Assembly (NCBI GenBank): GCA_002269645.1
Contig: NIVC01002210.1
Span: 124,001-188,000 of the forward strand
Reading direction: 5' to 3'
From: Macrostomum lignano
Taxonomy: Eukaryota
DNA length: 64,000 nt
The translations under genes and the position numbers were made by a program. Positions 11,739 through 23,266 of this stretch are shown here, one piece after another (the first letter of the stretch is position 1; each line of letters begins with the position of its first letter). Below the pieces are notes generated by a model, which had not been told where the DNA came from, searched no databases, and was given only the letters and a program-made list of their open reading frames with translations.

Positions 11739-14700
11739 TCCAATCTAAATACGACGTATACTAAATCTCTAATCTATGTCTGTCTGTCTGTCCGTGTAAA
11801 ACGCTCCACAGACTGCAATTCTTAACCAATTTTGATCGCGTTTTCGCCAAAACATTTGTAATTAGCCAAGGATCGTATGGTTAAAATTTCTTTAATCTGC
11901 TTCAATTCTAAAGGTCTTAAATATTCAAAAAACTGTATTTTCCCTATCTAATTAGTGTATTTTTCTCGCAGTGAGAGCTCGAAAAATAATAATACGTCTA
12001 TGGCCATAGACTAAACTTTAATTTCTTGAGCTGATGCTACGAGCTATAAATAATTAAATATTCGAAATCTTCAGTATATGCACAAGGAACAAAAAAATAT
12101 ATTAAATTAATTTTCATTTATTTGTAGCTTGTGCCTGGACTAATCGCTAAAATGCAGACGATGCAAAATCTTAGTTGCATTGATGTGCAAAAGACTGCCA
12201 ATATCTATCGAAAAATTGATTATATATAGTGAGCCGTACAATGCTGAGTAAATTTCTAGATTGATAAAAGGATCATTTGCAGTTTGCTGAGGATACTGAG
12301 GGGCCAGCCGAGAGAATAACTGCAGACTGCTGAGGTTATAAATGAGAGTTATTGTAGACTGCAAATGGATTGACTGCAGACTTCTGAGGGGAACTGCAGA
12401 TTGTCAAAGAGATCGTTCATGCAGACCTTCCAGACTTAAGAGCGCATAGCTGCAAACTATTGAGTGGATAATTATTTACAGAGTTTTGAGTGGATTGTTG
12501 AGGGGATTCCTGCGGACTGCTAAGTGAATTATTGTAGTTTGCTGAGAAGACAATTCTGGGCCACTGAGTGGATAATTGTTTAATCTGCAGGCTGCTAAGA
12601 GTTTGACTGCAGTTTGTTTGCAGGATTACAAGGGATAGCTAATTTCAGGTTGTTGTGGGGATAACTGCCAATTTCTGGGGGAAGGGTTAACTTCAAACTG
12701 CTGAAGTTACTAAACTTCTTGAATAGTATAAGGCTTTTAGTAGAAGGTCGGCAGTTCGAGCAGCATTGCTAATCTGCTGTAAGTGTTAATTTGCAGAGGG
12801 TACATGTATTACTAATCTGGGAGAGCATTGCTAATCTGACGCATACAATAAAGTGATAAATATGTAAGACGATTGCAAATCAAATTTAAACTGCAAGTTG
12901 CAAACATTTCAAATGGTTTCGATTATTTAGAAGCATATGGCGATTAGTGGCCCTGATTGTGCAAAACAGTGCTGGTGAGCCATTGCTAAACTGCTGGTGA
13001 ACAAATTGCTAAACTGCTGGTGAAACATTGCTAAACTGCTAGTGAACCATTGCTAAACTGCTGGTGAAGCATTGCTAAACTGCTGGTGAACCATTGCTAA
13101 ACTGCTGGTAAACAAATTTCTAAAGTGGTGGTGAACCATTGTATTGTTAACGAAAGGCTACTTTTAAAGAGAAGTGCAAGTGCAAGTTAAGTGCAAGTTG
13201 TTGCGGGGATTACTGTGGACTGCTAAGTGAATTATTTTAGTTTGCTGAAGGGACAATTCTAGGCCGCTGAGGGTATAAATGCTAATTAATGAAAGTGGAT
13301 AAATGCCTACTGCTAAAAATGACTGCAGTCTGTTTTGCGGGATAATATAGAGGGATGATTTCAGGTTGTTTTAGGGATAGCTGCCGATTTCTGGGGGGTG
13401 TTAACTTCAAACTGCTGAAGTTACTAAACTTCTTGAATTGTAGAAGGTTTATTTCGACCAGCTGTCAATAGGCACAATGGGAGATTATACATACGGTACT
13501 AGAGGTAAACAATAAGCAAAATCACGAGTGGCGTAGCCACAAGTGATCTTTTCTTATTGTTTAACGATAGTACCGTATGTATAGACTTATTGTCACTATC
13601 GTTTAGCATACTCGACTAGAAGCATTGTTTAACACTGAAGCGTTGTTTAACGATGTCTCAGCGAATCAGAAACGTCCTAGACTGCGCAGGTTTTGGCCAT
13701 AGACATCGACAACGACATCGACACTGCCATAGGAAGCGCTATGGAGCGATTCCAGCTGTACCATAGACTATCGAGTGAATATTTTCAATCATCGTTAAAC
13801 AATCAATCTTTGACTGAAGCGTTGTTAGTATGGTAAACCATAGTAACAATAGCCGCAGTAAGCAGGCAGTAACAGGCATAGACTGAAGGTCGGCAGTTCG
13901 AGCCTGAATTGAAGCAGCGAATTTATTTCTGTGACCTGTGACAATATTTACTGTCTCCTATCTTTAAATTTAAAGATACTTTTGCTGGGGCTGCGTTAAT
14001 CTTCTAGAGCAGTGCTACTCTGATGTAAGTGCTAATTTGCAGGAGGTATTACTAATATGGGTGAGCAGCACTAATCGGGGAGAGCAGTGCTAATCTGACG
14101 TACAATAAACTAATAAATATGTAAGAGGATTGAAAATCAATTTCAAATGGAACCATTGCTAAACTGCTGGTGAAGCATTGCTAAACTGCTGGTAAACAAT
14201 TGCTAAAGTTATTAAATTTTTTAATAAAAACTTATTTTAAAGAGAAGAAAACTCAACGCAAGAAAAAGCGAAAAAGAATCACCATGTCAACTATAAGAGA
14301 AGCAGCCTGTCGAGCATAAAAAGGCTGGTATGGGAAATTGCTTCGATGTCAAGACTCATGGAAGAATTTCTGAGATGTCAAGACTTACTGAGGGAATTTC
14401 TGAGATGTCAAGGCTTATTGGGCTGGGAGAATTGAGCAGATGCCTAGGCTCGAGTTTAATTGCTGCGATGTCAAGGCTTACTGGGGGAATTGCTGAGATG
14501 TCAAGGCTTACTGGGGGAATTGCTGAGATGTCAAGGCTTACTGGGGGAATGGCTGAGATATCAAGGCTTACTGGGGGAATTGCTGAGATGTCAAGGCTTA
14601 CTGGGGGAATTGCTGAGATGTCAAGGCTAACTGGGGGAATTGCTGAGATGTCAAGGCTTACTGGGGGAATTGCTGAGATGTCAAGGCTTACTGGGGGGGA

Positions 14701-14947
14701 ATTGTGAGATTCAAGACTTACTGGGGGAATCACTGAGATGTCGAGACTTACTGATTCTAATAAAGAGGGGTCTAAGGCCGTCAGGGATTGGCATACTGAG
14801 CTCCTGCAGACCAGAATATAACTAGGCCAATGACAATACCTACTAAGAGTTGTTGCTTGAAAGGATAAACACTATTTGCTAATTGAGAAAGGGAAAGACA
14901 AGCGCTAAACTGCTAAAAAGCCACCCGGAGGGGGGCTAAATGGCTAG
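11739..14947 (+). mobile_element. Non-autonomous Helitron-like element 1
   Basis: Starts A|TCCAATC...TATACTAAATC followed by (GTCT)n. Ends with hairpin GCCACCC-GGA-GGGGGGC (14920-14936), 7 nt, then CTAG (14944-14947) followed by T. Shares a ~170-bp block (11937-12105) with element 2. The extent is inferred and may be composite. Confidence 0.55.
14385..14750. repeat. 30-bp minisatellite GAGATGTCAAGGCTTACTGGGGGAATTGCT
   Basis: Tandem array within Helitron-like element 1. Confidence 0.9.
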
Positions 14948-16148
14948 TCCAATATACTAAAAATCATCCAATATACTAAAAATGAGTGTGTGTGTGTGTG
15001 TGTGTGTGTGTGCGACACGTTTAAAAGCAAACCGTTTGACCAATTTTCTCCATTTTTTGACCAACTTGTAGGAAATTTATCAGAGATGGTATGATTATTT
15101 TTTGGTATGTTTTGATCAATGTTAAGTACCTGTAAAAGGTGAAAAACATGTGTTCTCCCTATCTAATTAGTGTATTTTTCTTGCAGTGAAAGCTCAATGT
15201 CTATGGCCATAGACTAAACTTCAATTCAAGTTCTTGAACTGATGCTACGAGCTATAAATAATTAAATATTCAAAAGTATATGCACAAGGAAGAGAAAAAT
15301 GCTCATTAAACCTCTTTAAAGCTCACTTTCAGGGAGGTTATTGACATAGATTTAATTTTGCGGGATTTAATCGATCACTTTCCCGGACAGCACACTGAAG
15401 CATCAGGGGGGGGGGGGGCAGCCACAAGTATTATTGTATGTATCTAAATAAGCAAGCTTCTCTCTTCTCTTCCTTCGTGACTAGAGAAATTTCTTATTGG
15501 GATTTTGTCTATGGTAAGAATGTGGGGGCTTCGCCCCCATATCCCCAGCAGGGGCTTCGCCCCCACACCCCCATCCCCAACTTCAACCATAGACATACCA
15601 AGTATGGCTCCGGGATTTATATGAATACATCCCGCAAAATTAAAGTAGTTTAAATAAGATATTCTATGGGTTTTTCGGTCGGTATTTCACTTAAATCCCT
15701 CGAGCCTTCGGCTACGTGTGTAATACATTAAGACCCTGGCTAACTGGTGGACTATATAGACAATTGCTATTTATAGATTTCATTCAATAGTGCATTGGCT
15801 CTGCCCACACACTGAGCGGCCTATCGCTGCTATGTATTTGACTGCAGTGCCAAAGCATATATGGCTGATGTTAAAAATGGTCTGTCTGTGTGTGCCCCGG
15901 GTCTTGGGTGCTTGCTGTCTGGGGGATGCTTGCTGTCTGGGGGATGCTTGCTGTCTGTGTGATGCTTGCTGTCTGTGTGATGCTTGCTGTCTGGTGGATG
16001 CTTGCTGTCTGGGGGATTGCTTGCTGTATGACGAATGCTTGTTGTCTGGGGAATTGCTTGCTATCTGGGGGATCACTTGCTACATTACATCATTATTAAA
16101 ATTATTACATTCTTTATTTGCTCCCCAACGGGGGGTGTAGATTGCTAG
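14948..16148 (+). mobile_element. Non-autonomous Helitron-like element 2, head-to-tail with element 1
   Basis: 5' TCCAATATACTAAAAAT (duplicated), (TG)n, shared block 15155-15300, 19-bp minisatellite, hairpin CCCC-AAC-GGGG, and CTAG|T at 16145-16149. Confidence 0.65.
15900..16075. repeat. 19-bp minisatellite TGCTTGCTGTCTGGGGGGA
   Basis: Reverse complement of the family at 26510-27465. Confidence 0.9.
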
Positions 16149-16797
16149 TGAATTACTAATTGGTTTTTTCCGAGGATGAAATTTAAGCAAACCAAACATT
16201 ATTGTCCTATAGAAATACTACTCATTCTATAGTAGGCTGCATGCGTGTTGCCAGATAAATTTGCCATAATTTGCTTCGCCTATTTTATGGTGAATCATCG
16301 TTGCAACCCTCCCATTTTGTCCCGGCGGGTGATGAGTCATCGTGTACAACCCTCCCATTCTGTCCCAGCGGGTGATGAGTCATCGTCATGTGAGTTAATT
16401 GATGAGTTATGAATGCAGTTCAATTGTCGCCTTGGCCCTACAAGCCAAACCAATTATGTACATCTGATTGCTATGAATGAAGTGGAACCGACACAGAACA
16501 AACTTAAAACAAGACGCAATGTTTTGCAAATCAAATTAATGTTTCAATATTTCCACCATTCCTGATTCTAATAATACCCTAGTGCTACACGCATACATCA
16601 GCCTGCGACTCAACACTTGGCTTAGAAACCAACGAGAATTGCCATAGACGAAGTATTCTTAGAGTACAGGGTGCATCAGAATCGTATAGAGCTATTATGG
16701 GTGAAAGATTCGCCCTGATCTACTTACAATAACACGGAGACTTGAATCAGTTAGCCGCAATCAAAAGTACACAAATTTAAGTAATACAATTATCACC

Positions 16798-19700
16798 ATG
16801 GAGCAGCAGTTGGAGCTGTCAGACCTCGACCAGGCCACGGTGACATCCAGCAGCAGTCAGCTGGAGACGGTACAGCCGTTCACCATCGAGGATTCGCCAC
16901 CGCTGGAGCCGGGCTCGACCTTGCTGCAGCCTGACAGCGGCACGATGATGTGCACCAGCCCGCGTCACCGCAGCCCGTCGGCCGTTGCTATCGCAAAGTT
17001 GCAGTCGTGAGTTGGAATTTTTATTTGCAACACTATTTTATGGAACTTCTGATCGAATCAACGTAATCTGTATTGCCGCTCTGATTCAGATCAAAGAAGA
17101 AGAGCGAGCGGCACAAAGCGAAAGGTTGGGCTGAAAGCAATCAGGTACGGTAGGTCGGCTAAAAAATGATTTCTGGTTGGATTTTCTGCTGAATCATGTG
17201 CTCAATGGTGTACTTAGTAGTGTGCTCAATAGTGTGCCCAATACTAAGTGTACTCAATAGTGTGCTCAGTGGTGTGCTCAATTTTGTGGTCAGTGTTGTG
17301 CTCAATAGGTTTCTAAGTGGTGTGCTCAGTTGGGTTCTCAATGGTGTGCTCATGGTGTGCTCATCGTGTGCTTATTGGTGTGCTCAATAATGTGCTCAAT
17401 GGTGTGCTCAATAGTGTGCTCAATACATGTAGTGTGCTCAATTATGTGCTCAGTAGTATGCTAAATAGTGTGCTTAATTTGCTGAACCCATGTACTCAAG
17501 TCAGTGCTGAGCTGAAAACTAAATTGGCAAGCTTAGCACCAGCCAATGCAAACAGCTACAGAACCCGTGCAACCCCGAACCAACCCAGCTGTCGCACAAC
17601 AGAGCCTCAGTCCGCGCCGCCGCCTCCTCAGACGATCGCGGCACTTACTCGTTTTCGTCCACCAGCTCGTCGACTTCTTCGTCAGCCTCGGCGATTGAGC
17701 AGGACAGCTTGTCGTCGGCCAGCGTCGATAGAAAGCCGGTGAGCAGCACCGAGGACGCGGCGGTGGCGGCGGTTTCGGCCAAAATCAACGAAGATTTCGC
17801 CACGAACCAGTCGGCCAAATCGCCGGCCACCTTTGCCAGCGGCGGCAGCAGCGGCGGCAGCGGCAGCGAAGACAGCAGCGACTGCACAGACAGTCACAAC
17901 AGCGGCAGCAGCGGCAGCGAAATCAGCGACGATCGGGTTGTTGTTCGAGGCGGCGGCGGTGGCGGCGGTGGCGGCGGTGGCGGCGGTGGCGGCGGTCTCT
18001 ACAGCAACTCGAACCTGGCCAGCGACGCTCTGGAACAGTCGGGTAGGGGCTGAGAGTCCAGCAGAGAGTCCGGCTGAGAGTCCAGCAGAGAGTCCGGTAG
18101 AGAGTCCTGTAGAGAGTCCGGTAGAGAGTCTGGTAGAGAGTCCGGTAGAGAGTCTGGTAGAGAGTCCGGTAGAGAGTCCATTAGAGAGTCCATTAGAGAG
18201 TCCATTAGAGAGTCCATTAGAGAGTCCATTAGGGAGTCCATTACAGAGTCCATTAGAGAGTCCATTACAGAGTCCATTAGAGAGTCCAATAGAGTCAAAT
18301 AAAGAGTCCAATAAAGAGTCCATTAGAGAGTCCATTAGAGAGTCCATTAGAGAGTTCAATAAAGAGTCCAATAAAGAGTCCATTAGAGAGTCTATTAGAG
18401 ATTCCGTTAAGGAGTCCATTAGAGAGTCCATTAGAGAGTCCATTAGGGAGTCCATTACAGAGTCCATTAGAGAGTCCATTACAGAGTCCATTAGAGAGTC
18501 TATTAGAGAGTCCAATAAAGAGTCCAATAAAGAGTCCAATAAAGAGTCCATTAGAGAGTCTATTAGAGATTCCGTTAAGGAGTCCATTAGAGAGTCCATT
18601 AGAGAGTCCAGCAGAGATTCTAGCAGAGAGTCCTGCTGAGAGTCCATTTGAGGGCTCAACAGAGAGTCCCACACCAGTTCCCCATCCGCCGGCTCCGCAG
18701 AAGCGGAAGAATCCCAGGAACCCGAAACCGAAGGCGTGGAAGAGGACTCGGCGCCGGCGATGCGGTCCACCGATGAAGAGAACGACACTTCGGCGACTGA
18801 GGGCCCCAGCACTGACGGTGGCATGGAAGGCGACTCCTCGGAGTTTGGCGTGGGCGAGCAGACTGACTCGGTGGTGAGGCCTGGCAATTGGGTATTGCAG
18901 ATCAGACTCTACAACCAGCGGGTATTGCAGATCAGACTCTTCAGCGGGTATTGCAGCCACAATCAGCGGGTATTTCAGGCTCTATCAGTAGGTATTGCAG
19001 CATCTATAGGTGGGTATTTCAGCCTCTATCAGTGGGTATTGCAGCCTCTATCAGTGGGTATTGCAGCCTCTATCAGTGGGTATTGCAGCCTCTATCAGCG
19101 GGTATTGCAGCCACAATCAGCAGGTATTGCAGCCTCTATCAGTGGGTATTGCAGCCTCTATCAGTGGGTATTGCAGCCACAATCAGCAGGTATTGCAGCC
19201 TCTATCAGTGGGTATTTCAGCCACAATCAGTGGGTATTGCAGCCACAATCAGCAGGTATTGCAGCCTCTATCAGTGGGTATTGCAGCCACAATCAGTGGG
19301 TATTTCAGCCACAATCAGCGGGTATTGCAGCCTCTATCAGTGGGTATTGCAGCCACAATCAGCGGGTATTGCAGCCACACCCACGGTCACCTTCAGTTTG
19401 CCAATCTCGGGGAGACTTCGGACGCGGAGGCGGCCTCCCTGACGGAGGGCAACGCCGAGAAGCCGGCGACTCAGCGCCAATCTCTGCGACTCAACAAAAA
19501 CGAGATCGCCAACCTCATCGAGAAGGCCATCCTGGATTTCTGCTCCTCGCGCACTGTTGAAACCATGCGCAGAATGTTTGCCGGCGTCACCAATGACTCC
19601 GACGCGTTGCTACGCGACGGTGGACGGCATGACGATAAATCGGCGTCGACGCCGCACCCGGTGACTGGCGAGCTGGTCAAGGAGGGCGTCATCATCGGCG

Positions 19701-20985
19701 ATGTGGACATCTTCGCGCCCAGAATGCAGCGGGAGTTTATCCTGCCGGTGAAGGACTCGCTAATTGAGGCTTTCCTGAAAGAGCCGGGCGTGTTCCGGGC
19801 CATCTGCTACCGGACCCGCTGCCAGGTGCGAAATTGTCTTTTTTTCCCCTATAGTTCCCCGCGGGTCCGGGTTTGGGAAGAAGGGAGGAGGAAGAGGAGT
19901 GAGGGCAGGGTGCAACAAGACATCCCGGGTTCGATTCGGTGTTGTATTTTATTCGTCCACTAGACCCCAGTAGTCCGGACGAAGCAATCCCAAATCGAAC
20001 GCAGGTTGAGGTGACCCGCCGCCTGCTGAACCGCAAGCTGTGCATCGGCGGCCGCTGGCACAAGTACATGATCATCAGGATTGTCGGGCCAACATTCAAG
20101 TGCATCGAGAACTGCGACACCCTGCTGCAGAAGGCGGTGCCCAGCTACAAGTGGCGCAAAACCTACCACACTGCCGCAGTCTGCCGGATGTACCTCCGCG
20201 AAGACGTGCCGGACAATGCTGAGCTGTACTTTGGCTACCAACGCACAGGGGGCAGCTCGCACAGGTTCGGCGCGCTCAAGCTCGAGTCGCCGTACAGACA
20301 GACGGCCACGCGAACTGTGGGTAACTCGCCGTGGAAGTTCGGCTTGTTCAAGGTGAGATTCTGCAGGAATTCTGAACGGAGACATGCTGATTACCCCACA
20401 CCGTACACCAAACCCGAACCCAACAACGCACACCCCAACACAACACACCAGAAACCCCACACCTCCCATTTGACACCCACAACTCACACCATACCACACC
20501 CCACGCCCACACCGCTACACCCCACACGCCCACGTCTCTACACTCCACGCCCACACCTCTACACTCCAAGCCCACACCTCTACACTCCACGCCTCTACAC
20601 CTCTACACCCACGCCTCTACACCTCTACACCCACGCCTCTACACTTCACACGCCTACACTCGCGATGCCCCAATTCCCCGCTCTCCTTACGAGCGTATGT
20701 TCGCAAGACCAAAGAGCCGCATATCAGCCTACTGTCCGAACCGTACACCAATGCACTTGGCAACCAACCCAGGTGGGCAAGTTGACCTTCTCGGCGCCGG
20801 CAGTGAAGCTGTGCATGAAGCACGTGTACCCCAGCCTGGGCTACCAGACCACCAGCAACCTGGAGCCGGAGTACCAGGGCGTGAACGCGGTGGAACGAAT
20901 CACAGCCCTGCACGACCAGTTCCAGATGGGCCGGCAGTCGGCTCTTGCGCTGAAACGGGCCCTCACTATACCCGTGTGCCGTTGA
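16798..20985 (+). CDS. Uncharacterised protein: Ser/Gly/acidic disordered N-half plus a ~330-aa globular C-terminal region; exons 16798-17006, 17090-17144, 17589-18042, 18701-18873, 19397-19825, 20005-20352, 20773-20985
   Basis: GT-AG junctions with consistent phases join GC-rich ORF segments; no family recognised. Confidence 0.7.
18050..18670. repeat. Intronic 12-bp minisatellite AGAGAGTCCATT
   Basis: Fills intron 18043-18700. Confidence 0.9.
18890..19380. repeat. Intronic 22-bp minisatellite GTGGGTATTGCAGCCTCTATCA
   Basis: Fills intron 18874-19396. Confidence 0.9.
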
Positions 20986-21419
20986 ATTGCCTTATCAGGC
21001 ACAACCGGACCGGCTGCCATCTGGAGACCAATATTTGTTTTCAGTTTCATAGAATCAGCTCACCGCAGATAGGAACATACCGTCACTTTTTTAAACAACT
21101 ATAATTTCTCAAATAGTTGCATTTTTACAACTGACTAAAACACTATTATTTCACCAAAAAGACAGCGCAATACTTGCGAAAACAGCCTTCTTGGTGCGCA
21201 TAGGCCCGCAGCTAACTAGCGCCTATACCGTACAGCATATACGGACCTGAGTTTCAGAGTATTGCAACAATAAAACTATAATTTCCATTTTTTGCATTTT
21301 CCTGCGGCTGAACTCGGAGGCAAATCAGCACCGTTGATTCATTTACCTGTGTATTACAAAAATCATATAGTATGCAGTCTTTGTCCTTGTTCTGCGTCTT
21401 TGTCATATACATGTAGAGT

Positions 21420-21900
21420 GTACTGCCTGCCTGCCTGTCTGTCTGTCTGTCTGTCTGTGTCAGTCACTCTGTCTGTCTGCATCTGGCTGCCTGTCTGTCT
21501 GTCTGTCTGTGTCAGTCACTCTGTCTGTCTGCATCTGGCTGCCTGTCTGTCTGTCTGTCTGTGTCAGTCACTCTGTCTGCATCTGGCTGCCTGTCTGTCT
21601 GTCTGTCTGTCTGTGTCAGTCACTCTGTCTGTCTGCATCTGGCTGCCTGTCTGTCTGTCTGTCTGTGTCAGTCACTCTGTCTGTCTGCATCTGGCTGCCT
21701 GTCTGTCTGTCTGTCTGTGTCAGTCACTCTGTCTGTCTGCATCTGGCTGCCTGTCTGTCTGTCTGTCTGTGTCAGTCACTCTGTCTGTCTGCATCTGGCT
21801 GCCTGTCTGTCTGTCTGTCTGTGTGAGTCACTCTGTCTGTCTGCATCTGGCTGCCTGTCTGTCTGCTTGTCTGTCTGTCAGGCAGTTCTGTCTGCCTACC
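21420..21900. repeat. ~52-bp higher-order repeat built on (GTCT)n
   Basis: GTCAGTCACTCTGTCTGTCTGCATCTGGCTGCC + (TGTC)n. Its 3' flank CAGCCAATAGAAAGTACAAA recurs after the microsatellite at 22970-23090. Confidence 0.9.
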
Positions 21901-22184
21901 TGTCAGTCCGCAGCCAATAGAAAGTACAAAAACATTGCACGCATTCACTGCATTTACCACAGAGCAGTTACTCCATGCATTTACTCCGACTGGCCTTGGG
22001 ATTTCCGCGTCTCAAAAAATGAATTTCCCTAGCCTATAGACCGTAGAATATATGAACAATTAGCAAAATTAATACGCTCGTATGATCAGAGTAAATGCAT
22101 GGAGTATATGCCCGTTGTAATAAGTGCTCGGAGTAAATGTTTGGAGGAATCAGCCTGACGTTTTAAAATTAGTATGGTTTTATT

Positions 22185-22440
22185 AATAGCAGTGTTGTTT
22201 TAATAGTAGTTTTGTTTTAATGCTAGTGTTGTTTTAATAGTAGTTTTGTTTTAATGCTAGTGTTGTTTTAATAGTAGTGTTGTTAATAGCAGTGTAGTTT
22301 CAATAGTAGCATTGTTTAATAGCAGTGTTGTATTAATAGCAGTGTTGTTTTAATAGCAGTGTTGTATTAATAGCAGTGTTGTATTAATAGCAGTGTTGTT
22401 TTAATAGCAGTGTTGTATTAATAGCAGTGTTGTATTAATA
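22185..22440. repeat. 18-bp AT-rich minisatellite TAATAGCAGTGTTGTTT
   Basis: Tandem array. Confidence 0.9.
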
Positions 22441-23266
22441 GTCCTGTCATTTGAGCATCAATTTGCCGGTCATCTAATTGATTATAATAATGTTTTAATA
22501 TTAATTAACTAGTCAGTCAACTCTAATCGTTTCAAGATTATAGTCAGTAGGTTAGATTAGGGTTAGGGCTAAGTTAGAGTTGGGTTAGGTTAGGGTTAGT
22601 GCTTATAGATGCAGATATGTATAGGTAGATAGGCAGGGATCGAGTTCATATCGAAAAGAAATGCTCAGTTGGGCATTAGAAATGATCAACAGACTAATGG
22701 ATATATGGATGTTTCCCTATGAACAAAATCGAACTCACCAGGCATCAAATACTGTTGCCAAGAGGATTCCCGACAAATCAGATGTACAGTAAATAACGGT
22801 TCAGCTGTATAAACTGGCGCTGACAGATGCAATCGAATTCAATTCAATAGAGATGCAAATCTTAGCAGATGCAAATATTCAAAGTTATTAGCGAAAGTTT
22901 TCCAAGTCAAACATTTTTGACACAGAATTCGCGCCCTTCTAGGCGTAAAAGACACCGTAAGAAAACAGTCTGTCTGTCTGCCTGTCTGCCTGCCTGTCTG
23001 TCTGCCTGTCTGCCTGCCTGTCTGTCTGTCTGTCTGCCTGTCTGTCTGCCTGTCTGTCTGCCTGCCAGTCCGGAGCCAACAGAAAGTACAAAGCACCGCA
23101 AGGAAACAGAAGCATTTAGTGCATAAGAGAATCAGCTAGATAATTATCCAATCAAATTTATTGAATTTCGCAACGTCACAGCATCAGCATTGTGCATAAG
23201 TTATGAATGTGAACAGAATACAAATCCAGTTTTGCATTCAGATCTGGATAACGCGAATAAGAAAAG

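Noticed and set aside
16305-16390. Two ~43-bp direct repeats with TGAGTCA (AP-1-like) sites upstream of the orphan gene
   Set aside because: Short motif matches cannot be supported as regulatory without data.
17682-19560. ESPVESP/DSLMDS and SGYCSL repeat ORFs
   Set aside because: They lie within introns bounded by phase-consistent splice sites and contain stops in the host frame.
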